Assembly (NCBI GenBank): GCA_964583485.1
Contig: CAZOVC010000001.1
Span: forward strand, 347 to 64,346
Direction: 5' to 3'
DNA: 64,000 bases
Source: an uncultured Candidatus Saccharibacteria bacterium
GTDB taxonomy: Bacteria; Patescibacteriota; Minisyncoccia; Minisyncoccales; GWA2-38-27
This document shows, in pieces, positions 53,086 to 61,636 of this stretch (the first letter of the stretch is position 1; every line of letters begins with the position of its first letter). A program made the position numbers and the translations under genes. The notes beneath the pieces were generated by a model that did not search any database, had not been told where the DNA came from, and saw only the letters and a list, made by a program, of their open reading frames with translations.

Positions 53086-54153
53086 ATGCCTGATTTAGCC
53101 GACGCTTTTCAAAATCTTTATACATACATTATCTCTATTGCCGGAGCAATTGCTTTAGCAGCTTTAATCATAGGCGGAATTCTTTATTTAACTTCAGCTG
53201 GCGAGCCGGAAAAATTAAGCAAAGCCAGAAAACAAATATTAGCTGCTTTTTTGGGGATTATTATTCTTCTTTCTTCTTATTTAATTTTAAGAACCATTAA
53301 TCCCAACTTAGTTAGCTTTGAAATGCCTGTTTTGGAAGATATTGTTTTCCATCCTTTAGACATACCGCCTTCTAAAACTAAAGTCCCCGAACTTTTAGGT
53401 AAAGTTAAAGAAATTGCTGAACAAATTAAAGAAAACATAATTCCTGGGATTGAACTTTCCAGCCAGAAAATAAAAGACATCACTGACAACTGCGACTGCG
53501 CAAATACTCAATCCTTATGCGTTTGCGCTGGAGGCGGCTCCGACAATTCTTGTGAGCCGGCGCGGTGTTATGCCGGGCCTGGATTTCAGCCCTGCCCAAA
53601 TCAATCAGAAATTAAAGAAAACCAAAAAAGGGTCATTGCCTGGAAAGATGAAATCCTTTATTATAGAAATAGAACTATAGCTGAAGAACAGGACTTACAA
53701 GACGAAATAAAAATGGTCTTAGACGAAAAGATTGTTTATTATATGAAAAGTGAAATAATAGAAGATGATGATAAGGTTAAACAATACCTAATTGAGCAAA
53801 GAGAAAAAATAACCAAAGAAAAGAATCTAAAAAAAAATTTAGCAGCCAAACTTGAAGAATTAGCTGATTTGATTGATAAAATAAGTAATCCGGCGTCAGA
53901 AATAGGCGTACTCCCGGATGAATGCTTAATTAATGTAAAAGATAAATGCTCTGCCAGCTGTCAAGGGGGCTGTCATGATATAAAAGATGGCTGCGAGCCA
54001 GGCGGATGCAACGGCGGCAACCCCTGCCCAGTTGATAATATTCAAAACCAGTTGAGCCAAGTCCAACAAATAAAACCTTCAATTATTCAAGCTTGTGACG
54101 AGGTCCTCAATATTATAGACGAAATAATCAAACATAAAACAATTATTATATGA
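53086..54153 (+). CDS. Pilin-hairpin fused to Cys-rich/coiled-coil modules, paralog 2
   Basis: GGILYLTSAGEPE..ARKQILAAFLGIIILLSSYLILRTINP, with two Cys knots (DNCDCAN..QPCP, KCSASCQGGC..NPCP). Confidence 0.55.
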   Translation: MPDLADAFQNLYTYIISIAGAIALAALIIGGILYLTSAGEPEKLSKARKQILAAFLGIIILLSSYLILRTINPNLVSFEMPVLEDIVFHPLDIPPSKTKVPELLGKVKEIAEQIKENIIPGIELSSQKIKDITDNCDCANTQSLCVCAGGGSDNSCEPARCYAGPGFQPCPNQSEIKENQKRVIAWKDEILYYRNRTIAEEQDLQDEIKMVLDEKIVYYMKSEIIEDDDKVKQYLIEQREKITKEKNLKKNLAAKLEELADLIDKISNPASEIGVLPDECLINVKDKCSASCQGGCHDIKDGCEPGGCNGGNPCPVDNIQNQLSQVQQIKPSIIQACDEVLNIIDEIIKHKTIII

Positions 54154-55418
54154 TTAAAAAATTCTTTAGCATTCTTATTGTTTCTATTATGCTTTTCAGT
54201 TTAGCTGGTTTTGCTTTTGCGCAAGATAGAGAGCTTGAGATAAAATATCCAGAAATTGAAGGTGAACAACCAGAACAAGTCACCACTCCGGTTCCTGAAT
54301 ACTTTAAATATATTTTTAATTTCTTAATCTGGATAAGCGGCCTGATTGCTCTTGTTGTTTTGGTTTATGCCGGGTTTCAATACTTTACATCAGCTGGAAA
54401 TCCAGAGGCAATGAATGATGCTAAGAACCGAATTGGCGCCGCTCTTTTAGGCCTTTTAATCCTTTTTGGCTCTTATCTAATTTTAACCACCATTAACCCT
54501 GAATTAATTGTCTTCCACCTCCCCCGACTAAGACCCATCATGTCTGAGTTATCACCTGGAGTTCTCGTCTGCAAAGAAGAGGTAGAAATAAGAAAATCTT
54601 GGGATCTTATGATGGAGTATAAACTTCTAAGCCCTAGCGAAGATAGAGAAAGAGAAATAAAAAAAGAGCTAGATAAAGCTCTTGATAAAATCGCTTTAGA
54701 GTGCTATTCAATATCAGGCACAGAAGATATTAGATCAGATTTTGATAATAAAATTCAATATATTTATTTTATCCCTCACATAGAAACAGATGGGGTAAAA
54801 ATAACCAATGTAGTTGAATATGGAGCGGTGGCATATGAAGAGAAAAATTTTGGAGGAAAATCACAAGTGCTTGCTTATAATCTTATAGATCCCCAGGGTA
54901 CCGCTGATGCCTATGGCGAACAAACGCTTTTAAAGGTTTCCTCAATTAAACCCTTTGCCTTAATTTACGAACCAGATCCAAATTGGGAAGTAGTTTTATA
55001 TCAGGAATATAATGAAAATAAGGGAGTGGGGGGATTAACCCCTGTTTATGCTAATATAACAACTGATCCTGATTGCATAACTTCACAGGGGCAAGGAGAA
55101 AGCTCTGAATGGTGGTGCGAATTCAACCTTTCTTGGCCGCCCAAGTCAATGAGAATTGAAGGTGATCTTTTAGCAATACTCTGTAAAGACAAAATAGAAT
55201 TAGGGTCATGCGAAACTTTTTTCAGCGAAACTGAAAATAATTTAGAAGAATATGATAATATAGTTAAATGGGTAGCTTGTACTGACTATAAAAACCAAAC
55301 TATAATAAAAGAAGATTGTATAGCTGTCGGAGGATTTGGGCAAAATGTATCATATATGCCTTGTTGCGCTGAAGCAGCGGCGACAAAACTCTTAATCATT
55401 AGCGCCAAGCCGTTGTAA
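54150..55418 (+). CDS. Pilin-hairpin fused to a distinct C-terminal domain, paralog 3
   Basis: Signal peptide, then AGFQYFTSAGNPE..AKNRIGAALLGLLILFGSYLILTTINP. Confidence 0.5.
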   Translation: MIKKFFSILIVSIMLFSLAGFAFAQDRELEIKYPEIEGEQPEQVTTPVPEYFKYIFNFLIWISGLIALVVLVYAGFQYFTSAGNPEAMNDAKNRIGAALLGLLILFGSYLILTTINPELIVFHLPRLRPIMSELSPGVLVCKEEVEIRKSWDLMMEYKLLSPSEDREREIKKELDKALDKIALECYSISGTEDIRSDFDNKIQYIYFIPHIETDGVKITNVVEYGAVAYEEKNFGGKSQVLAYNLIDPQGTADAYGEQTLLKVSSIKPFALIYEPDPNWEVVLYQEYNENKGVGGLTPVYANITTDPDCITSQGQGESSEWWCEFNLSWPPKSMRIEGDLLAILCKDKIELGSCETFFSETENNLEEYDNIVKWVACTDYKNQTIIKEDCIAVGGFGQNVSYMPCCAEAAATKLLIISAKPL

Positions 55419-55505
55419 AATATTTTAAATAATCAAAAAAGCCGCTCTTGGAAAACGGTTTTTGTTTGAATATACTACGAGAACTGTTCTCGTAGTATTT
55501 TATTA

Positions 55506-55970
55506 TTAAACGTAAGGGTGGGGGCGGATAACTATCCTTCTTTCTGGTTCTTGGCCAATGCTTTCAGTAATAATATCTTTTCTTTCAGCTAATTCTAAGT
55601 GAATAATCCTTCTTTCATAAGCTGACATTGCTGTTAGTATTTTTTCTTTTTTAGTTAAAGCAACTTCATCAGCCAAAGAAACAGCTGTTTCTTTTAAATA
55701 CTCTGTTTTTTTCTTCTTGTAATCATTAATATCAATATTAAGATAAAATTGTTCTGGGATTTTACGTCTCAATATCGCTTTTAAAATATGTTGAATCTCG
55801 GCTAAAGTTTGGCCGTTTTGACCAATTAAAATTCTTGGTTCTTCAGTTTTTATCTTTACTGGAAGCGTTTTTTCTTCAAAAGACAAAACATCAGCTTCAA
55901 CTTCAAAGGTTGCTTTCTTAAAAAACTCTTCAATGGTTTTCCTTATTTCATTTATATTATTTTGATTCAT
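55506..55970 (-). CDS. Jag/KhpB RNA-binding protein (KH + R3H)
   Basis: R3H segment ERRIIHLELAE and its position next to yidC. Confidence 0.8.
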   Translation of the reverse strand: MNQNNINEIRKTIEEFFKKATFEVEADVLSFEEKTLPVKIKTEEPRILIGQNGQTLAEIQHILKAILRRKIPEQFYLNIDINDYKKKKTEYLKETAVSLADEVALTKKEKILTAMSAYERRIIHLELAERKDIITESIGQEPERRIVIRPHPYV

Positions 55971-56034
55971 AAATAAAGCGATACTAATATACGAATGACA
56001 TACTAATTATACTAATATTCGTATCATTGGTATG

Positions 56035-56757
56035 CTAATTAGTATCATTCGTATCGCTCTTTAAAATAACATATTGTTGAATAATTGTAAAGAGCGTAGT
56101 GGTGAGCCAGTAAAGACCAATAGCTGAAGGCAAACGAAAAAGAATCAAAACCATAAAGGCGGGCATAAAATATTGCATCTGTTTTTGCATCTGACCAGCA
56201 AAACTAGAATCTTGTTTTTTGCCTTCCTTGGGATTAGGAGCGGTCATTTTTACCTGAATAAACTGAAAAATCCCTGCTAAAAACGCTACTGCTACGTTAG
56301 GATTTGCCAGATCTATAATTCCAAAAAAAGTTGAATCAATTATTCCGGGAGCAGTAACAAAACCATAAAGAAGAACCATTTGTTCCGGCTGTAAACCATG
56401 CCAAAATACTCTATAAAGAGCAATTAATACCGGAAGTTGAATAAGCAAGGGCAAACAGCCGGAAAAAGGATTTATCTTTTCCTTTTTGTAAAGCCCCATT
56501 ATTTCCTTTGTCTGCTGTTCTTTATTGTCTTTGTATTTTTCCTGAATTTCTTTTATTTTCGGCTGAAGCCCTGAAAGAGCTTTCTGCGATTTAATTGCTT
56601 TAACTCCTAATGGGTAAAATAGAAACTTTATTAAAATAGTTAAAACAATAACAGCAACTCCAAAATCATGGCCAGGAATGTATTGATATAATAAAACAAG
56701 GGCGTTTAAAAGAGGACGATATAAAATTGTGTTGAATGCTGTTATTAAAATATTCAT
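56035..56757 (-). CDS. yidC: Membrane protein insertase YidC (short form)
   Basis: YKKEKINPFSGCLPLLIQLPVLIALY core motif. Confidence 0.9.
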   Translation of the reverse strand: MNILITAFNTILYRPLLNALVLLYQYIPGHDFGVAVIVLTILIKFLFYPLGVKAIKSQKALSGLQPKIKEIQEKYKDNKEQQTKEIMGLYKKEKINPFSGCLPLLIQLPVLIALYRVFWHGLQPEQMVLLYGFVTAPGIIDSTFFGIIDLANPNVAVAFLAGIFQFIQVKMTAPNPKEGKKQDSSFAGQMQKQMQYFMPAFMVLILFRLPSAIGLYWLTTTLFTIIQQYVILKSDTNDTN

Positions 56758-56761
56758 TTTT

Positions 56762-56968
56762 TTATGGTAAATCTATTCCTCCTTGGTTCCAAGGATGACA
56801 TCGCGCTATCCTCTTAACTCCCTTCCATGTGCCCATTGTTACGCCGTACTTCTCAATCGCCAAACAATAATATTCTGAACAGCTTGGATAAAAACGGCAA
56901 TGATGGCCTAAAACAGGGGAAATTAAAACCTGGTATAATTTAATAGTTTTAATAAGTATTTTTTTCAT
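56762..56968 (-). CDS. yidD: Membrane protein insertion efficiency factor YidD
   Basis: CRFYPSCSEY...RCHPW. Confidence 0.85.
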   Translation of the reverse strand: MKKILIKTIKLYQVLISPVLGHHCRFYPSCSEYYCLAIEKYGVTMGTWKGVKRIARCHPWNQGGIDLP

Positions 56969-56969
56969 A

Positions 56970-57019
56970 TTTGTGATAAGCTAAGCTTATCGGTACCGAT
57001 AAGCTTAGCTTATCACAAA
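56970..57019. repeat. 50-bp perfect palindrome filling the rnpA-yidD spacer
   Basis: TTTGTGATAAGCTAAGCTTATCGGT|ACCGATAAGCTTAGCTTATCACAAA, checked by hand. Contains two GATAAGCTWAGCTTATC units. Confidence 0.9.
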
Positions 57020-57363
57020 ATCTTTGCTTTTTTAAAAAGTTTGTCTAACGCATCTTCTAATTTCTGAAACTCATTTTCAGCCCCGGGCATCATCACTATT
57101 ACTGCATCTATCCCTTTTTTAATTTCTGGCAATCTCATTTTAATTATTTCTCTTAATCTTCTTTTGGTTTTATTTCTAATTACTGCTTTTTTAGAAAACT
57201 TCTTGCTAATTACAAAACCGAAACGACTCACATCCAAGTTATTTTTTATAATTTTTAGATATAAAAAGCCCTGCTTAAATCCCTGGCCCCGCTTAAATGC
57301 TGTCTCAAAATCCTTCTTCTTTTTAAGCCTGTTGATTTTTGGTAACATTTTACACGACAACAC
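57013..57363 (-). CDS. rnpA: RNase P protein component
   Basis: KKKDFETAFKRGQ..RFGFVISKKF..AVIRNKTKRRLRE. The start is probably MLPKIN at 57348. Confidence 0.85.
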   Translation of the reverse strand: MLSCKMLPKINRLKKKKDFETAFKRGQGFKQGFLYLKIIKNNLDVSRFGFVISKKFSKKAVIRNKTKRRLREIIKMRLPEIKKGIDAVIVMMPGAENEFQKLEDALDKLFKKAKIL

Positions 57364-57364
57364 C

Positions 57365-57499
57365 TTACACGGTAAGTCTCTTTCTTTTTTTTGTTCTCCT
57401 TCTTTTTAATACTCTTCTTCCTGCTTTGGTTTTTTGACGCAATCTAAACCCATGTGTTTTTTTCCTTTTTCTTTTTTTGGGCTGATATGTAATGCTCAT
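57365..57499 (-). CDS. rpmH: 50S ribosomal protein L34 (44 aa, below ORF-track cutoff)
   Basis: Hand translation [44 protein letters not shown]. Confidence 0.85.
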   Translation of the reverse strand: MSITYQPKKRKRKKTHGFRLRQKTKAGRRVLKRRRTKKRKRLTV

Positions 57500-57602
57500 A
57501 TTATTATATTAACATATTAACATATTATTAACAATTTGTTAACAAAAACTGCCTTTTTATGTTATTTTGTTTTAAATTTGACATATGATATAATAAAAAA
57601 AC

Positions 57603-58952
57603 ATGACTAACGAAGAAATTTGGCAAACAGTCCTTGGTCAAATCCAATTAAATATTTCCCAGGCAAATTTTGCTACCTGGTTTAAAGGCACTGAAATTAC
57701 CTCTCAAGAAAATGGAAAAATTATTGTTTTAGTGCCCAATTCTTTTGTTAAAGAATGGTTAGAAAATAAGTATAATAAGACAATTTTAAAAATTTTGCAT
57801 AATTTAAATGAAGAAATTAAAGAAGTCAGATATGATATTGGCAAAACTAGATTAAAAATCCTTAAAAAAGCCCCAACGATTCTGCCAGAAACAGACCAGC
57901 TGGAGTTTCAGCAATTTAAAGTAAACAAAGAAACCAACCTTAATCCTCGCTATACTTTTGATTCTTATATAGTCGGCCCTTTTAATGAACTGCCGCATGC
58001 CGCCGCTGTTGCTGTTTCCAAAAAACCTGGCGCTGTTTATAACCCTCTTTTCATTTATGGAGGGGTTGGTCTGGGCAAAACTCATATTCTACAAGCCGTT
58101 GGAAATGAAATAATTAATAACTCTAAAAAAAATAAAGTAAAGTATGTTTCTTCTGAAAAATTCACATCAGAAGTCGTCTCGTCAATCAGAAACGATACAA
58201 TAGATTCATTTAAATCTAAATACAGGGGAGTTGATGTTTTAATCATTGACGATGTTCAATTCTTGGCTGGAAAAGAAAAAACTCAAGAAGAATTCTTTCA
58301 TATTTTTAACGTATTGTACGAAAACAATAAACAAATTATTATTTCTTCAGACCGTCCGCCGAAAGCTATCTCTTCATTGGCCGAGAGATTAAGGTCAAGA
58401 TTTGAAGGAGGAATGATAGCAGATATTAGCGGTCCTGATTTTGAAACAAGAATTGCTATTTTAAAAACTAAAGCCCAAGAAAAAAAAGTAGAGTTTTCTG
58501 ATGAAATTTATCAATATATTTCTTCAGTTATCCAAAAAAATATTAGAGAATTAGAAGGCGCTCTTAACCGTTTAATTATTTACGAGAAATTAAACAATCA
58601 AAAGCCTGATATAGAAATCACTAAAACTCTTTTTAAAAAACTACTCTCTTCTCCCTTAAGAATAGTTACGCCTAAAAAAATAATTCAAATGGTAGCAGAG
58701 TTTTATGATTTAAAAGAAAAAGACCTTTTGACTTCTTCTCGGAAAAAAGAAATTGTTAAACCGCGTCAAATAGCAATGTATTTATTAAGAGAAGAATTAA
58801 AAAATTCTTTCCCTTTTATTGGAAGAAGATTCAACGGCAAAGACCATACCACCGCTATCCATTCCTATAAAAAAATATTAAATGAATTAGAAAAAGATAA
58901 AAAATTAGGAGAAGAAATCAGCCTAATAAAAGAACGTGTATTCAGCGCCTAA
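57603..58952 (+). CDS. dnaA: Chromosomal replication initiator DnaA
   Basis: GGVGLGKTH, IDDVQFL, C-terminal KPRQIAMYL..GKDHTT DNA-binding domain. Confidence 0.95.
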   Translation: MTNEEIWQTVLGQIQLNISQANFATWFKGTEITSQENGKIIVLVPNSFVKEWLENKYNKTILKILHNLNEEIKEVRYDIGKTRLKILKKAPTILPETDQLEFQQFKVNKETNLNPRYTFDSYIVGPFNELPHAAAVAVSKKPGAVYNPLFIYGGVGLGKTHILQAVGNEIINNSKKNKVKYVSSEKFTSEVVSSIRNDTIDSFKSKYRGVDVLIIDDVQFLAGKEKTQEEFFHIFNVLYENNKQIIISSDRPPKAISSLAERLRSRFEGGMIADISGPDFETRIAILKTKAQEKKVEFSDEIYQYISSVIQKNIRELEGALNRLIIYEKLNNQKPDIEITKTLFKKLLSSPLRIVTPKKIIQMVAEFYDLKEKDLLTSSRKKEIVKPRQIAMYLLREELKNSFPFIGRRFNGKDHTTAIHSYKKILNELEKDKKLGEEISLIKERVFSA

Positions 58953-59106
58953 TAATTTGGGGATAAATACTTAATAAAATTAAAAGAATAATAATTCACC
59001 TTTAATCTAATTGATTTTAAACAATAAATTACCAATTCAACCGCCTATAAAAAACTGCTTTTCCACTACACTAATAACAATAACAATTAATTAATAACTA
59101 ACTATT

Positions 59107-60237
59107 ATGAAATTACTAATTCTACAAGAAAAATTAAAACAAGGGTTAAATATTATTGAAAGAATTTCTTCAAAGTCTTTAACGCTTCCTATTTTGAATA
59201 ATATTTTAATATCAGCAGAGAAGAATTTTTTAAATTTAGCTGCTACCGATTTGGAAATAGGGATAAATTGGTGGGTTTTAACTAAAATTGAAAAAGAAGG
59301 AAAAATTACCATTCCATCGCGCTTGTTTTCTAATTTTATAAACCTTTTGCCAAATAAAAAAATAAACTTAGAACTAAAAAATAATAATTTATTTATTGAA
59401 TGCGAAAATTATAAAACCCAAATAAAAGGTTTAAGCGCCGAAGAGTTTCCAATTATACCTAAAATTAATAATGGAGAGACAATCTCTATTGAAGCGCCCT
59501 CTTTTTGTAAAAGTTTAAACCAGATAGCTGATATTGCCGTTCCTTCTACCGCCAGGCCTGAAATCTCCGGCATCTATTTCTTGTTTCAAAAAAACATTAT
59601 AACCATAGCGGCTACCGACAGTTTCCGCTTAGGCGAAAAAAAGATATTTCTAAAAAACAATTCTCCCTTAGAAAAAGAATATTCTTTAATTCTTCCGCAA
59701 AAAACAGCAAAGGAATTGGTAAACATTTTTGGCGAAAAACAAGGGGAAGTAAAGATGTATTTTTCGCCCAACCAAGTAATGTTTGAGTATCCTATGGAAG
59801 AAACCGATCATGCTCAAGTCCAAGTTATTTCCCGTTTAATAGAGGGAGAATACCCGAATTATCAAGAGATTATCCCCAAGAAATACACAACACAGTTAGT
59901 ATTGAATAAAGATGAATTTTTAAATCAAGTAAAAACAGCCAGTTTGTTTAGCGGGAAAATAAACGAGGTGAAAATTAAGATTAATCCCAAAGACAACAAG
60001 ATAGATATTTTTAGCCAAAGTCCCGACGTTGGGCAGTATCAATCTTCTGTTTTTGGAAAAATAAAAGGAGAACCAGTGGAAATTTCTTTTAACCATCGCT
60101 TCCTGTTAGACGGGATTTTAAGTATAAAAACCCAGGAGATTATATTTGAGATGAATAAAGAATCCGGCCCCGGGGTTCTTAAAGCAGTTGGCGATGATAC
60201 ATATATTTATGTTGTAATGCCGATTAAAGCTAGTTGA
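59107..60237 (+). CDS. dnaN: DNA polymerase III beta sliding clamp
   Basis: MKLLILQEKLKQGL.., ATDSFRL, ~376 aa directly after dnaA. Confidence 0.9.
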   Translation: MKLLILQEKLKQGLNIIERISSKSLTLPILNNILISAEKNFLNLAATDLEIGINWWVLTKIEKEGKITIPSRLFSNFINLLPNKKINLELKNNNLFIECENYKTQIKGLSAEEFPIIPKINNGETISIEAPSFCKSLNQIADIAVPSTARPEISGIYFLFQKNIITIAATDSFRLGEKKIFLKNNSPLEKEYSLILPQKTAKELVNIFGEKQGEVKMYFSPNQVMFEYPMEETDHAQVQVISRLIEGEYPNYQEIIPKKYTTQLVLNKDEFLNQVKTASLFSGKINEVKIKINPKDNKIDIFSQSPDVGQYQSSVFGKIKGEPVEISFNHRFLLDGILSIKTQEIIFEMNKESGPGVLKAVGDDTYIYVVMPIKAS

Positions 60238-60426
60238 TAGTGGATATTTTATAGCGAGTAGTTGAAAAATTACTTTTTATTTTTCGCTCTGCCCGCGCAA
60301 AGTTCAATATGTGGTTGATATCCGATATCAACCACATATCAACAGCAATAGAAACAAGGAGTTAACCTTCTTGTTTTTTCTATTTTCTATTAGTTCTCTA
60401 AAATTCACGATCGTGAAATTTAGAGG

Positions 60427-60455
60427 TTGACAAAAATATGGATATATGATATGAT
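60427..60455 (+). promoter_or_regulatory. Promoter of the SPFH gene with an adjacent operator-like palindrome
   Basis: TTGACA, 17-nt spacer, TATGAT. A 30-bp near-perfect palindrome at 60396-60425 abuts the -35. Confidence 0.45.
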
Positions 60456-60528
60456 TAGATATTCAAGAAATTGTTTCTTGATAAAATTGAACATTCCAAA
60501 TTAAATATAGGATTGAAAGGATGGAAAA

Positions 60529-61578
60529 ATGTCAACACAAATAGATCAAATCAAAAAAGATATGGAAGCAATAGCCGAAAAAGTGGATATTTGGCTAAAA
60601 AGAGTTTTCGTTGGATTGCTGTTTTGTTTGGTGGTGGGAATAGGGTGTTTTTTCGGGAAATACTGGATTTTCGGATCTATTTTTTCAAGTATCCCCTTAA
60701 TGTTTTTTTTATTCGCGGCTCCCGGGCTTATGACAGTTCAACCAGAAGTCAGAATCATGATTGAACTTTTAGGCAAGCCGTATTGTGTTAAGAAACCAGG
60801 CCTAAGATGGGTTTGCCCTATTTTAATGCACAAAAGGATGATAGTTAATACATGGGAACAACCAGTGCAATTATTTCCTGAGAGAAAATATCCTGATGGG
60901 GTTCACATTGATCTTAAAAACGGAGGGAAAACTCAGCTTGTAGACCCTATTTTATGGGTGCAATTAATTGAAGCTGGGACAAAACAAGAAGATGGCAACG
61001 TGCTTCGTATGGTTTATGCCATTGAGGACTGGAAAGATGCGGTTGAAGAAAACGGCGAAAACGCTCTACGCACTCATCTTAACAATCTTACTGTTGATGA
61101 GGTTTTGACAGCTATTCATAGTAAGGGGAAAGAATCATGGTGGGAAGAGATAAGAGACTATTTTCCAGGGTTAGACGGCACGATCAAGGGATATGGGATA
61201 GAGGCAAAACGTTTAACTATCAGCGATTTTAACTGGGACGAAAAGGTTGTTGAGGCAAGGCAAAAGGTTTTTGAAGAAGAGAGGTCGATTCAGCTTGCTA
61301 AGCTTAGCAAGACAGCTGCCAAAGATGAGGTTAAACAGAGGGCCATGGAATCAGGTGGCTTGCATGGAGAGATTGTTAAGATTTTAACGCAAAAGACCTA
61401 TGGATATGAAAAGAAAGAGGCTATGGATATAGCAACTAAGTTTATTCTTTATTATAAGGCAGCAGACACAAAGAGCTTAATTGATGTGCGTGCTGATGGT
61501 GGTATAGCTTCAATAATTGCTGGTATTGTTGCTGCGGTGCGTAGCATTAAGAGCGAGAGCAGTTCTTCTGCTACTTGA
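60529..61578 (+). CDS. SPFH/band-7 domain membrane protein
   Basis: N-terminal TM segments, then a prohibitin-like core and a coiled-coil tail. Tentative. Confidence 0.55.
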   Translation: MSTQIDQIKKDMEAIAEKVDIWLKRVFVGLLFCLVVGIGCFFGKYWIFGSIFSSIPLMFFLFAAPGLMTVQPEVRIMIELLGKPYCVKKPGLRWVCPILMHKRMIVNTWEQPVQLFPERKYPDGVHIDLKNGGKTQLVDPILWVQLIEAGTKQEDGNVLRMVYAIEDWKDAVEENGENALRTHLNNLTVDEVLTAIHSKGKESWWEEIRDYFPGLDGTIKGYGIEAKRLTISDFNWDEKVVEARQKVFEEERSIQLAKLSKTAAKDEVKQRAMESGGLHGEIVKILTQKTYGYEKKEAMDIATKFILYYKAADTKSLIDVRADGGIASIIAGIVAAVRSIKSESSSSAT

Positions 61579-61636
61579 ACCAAAAAACAAGAATTCAAAA
61601 GGACCATTCGGATGGTCCTTTTTCTATTTTTTTCAC

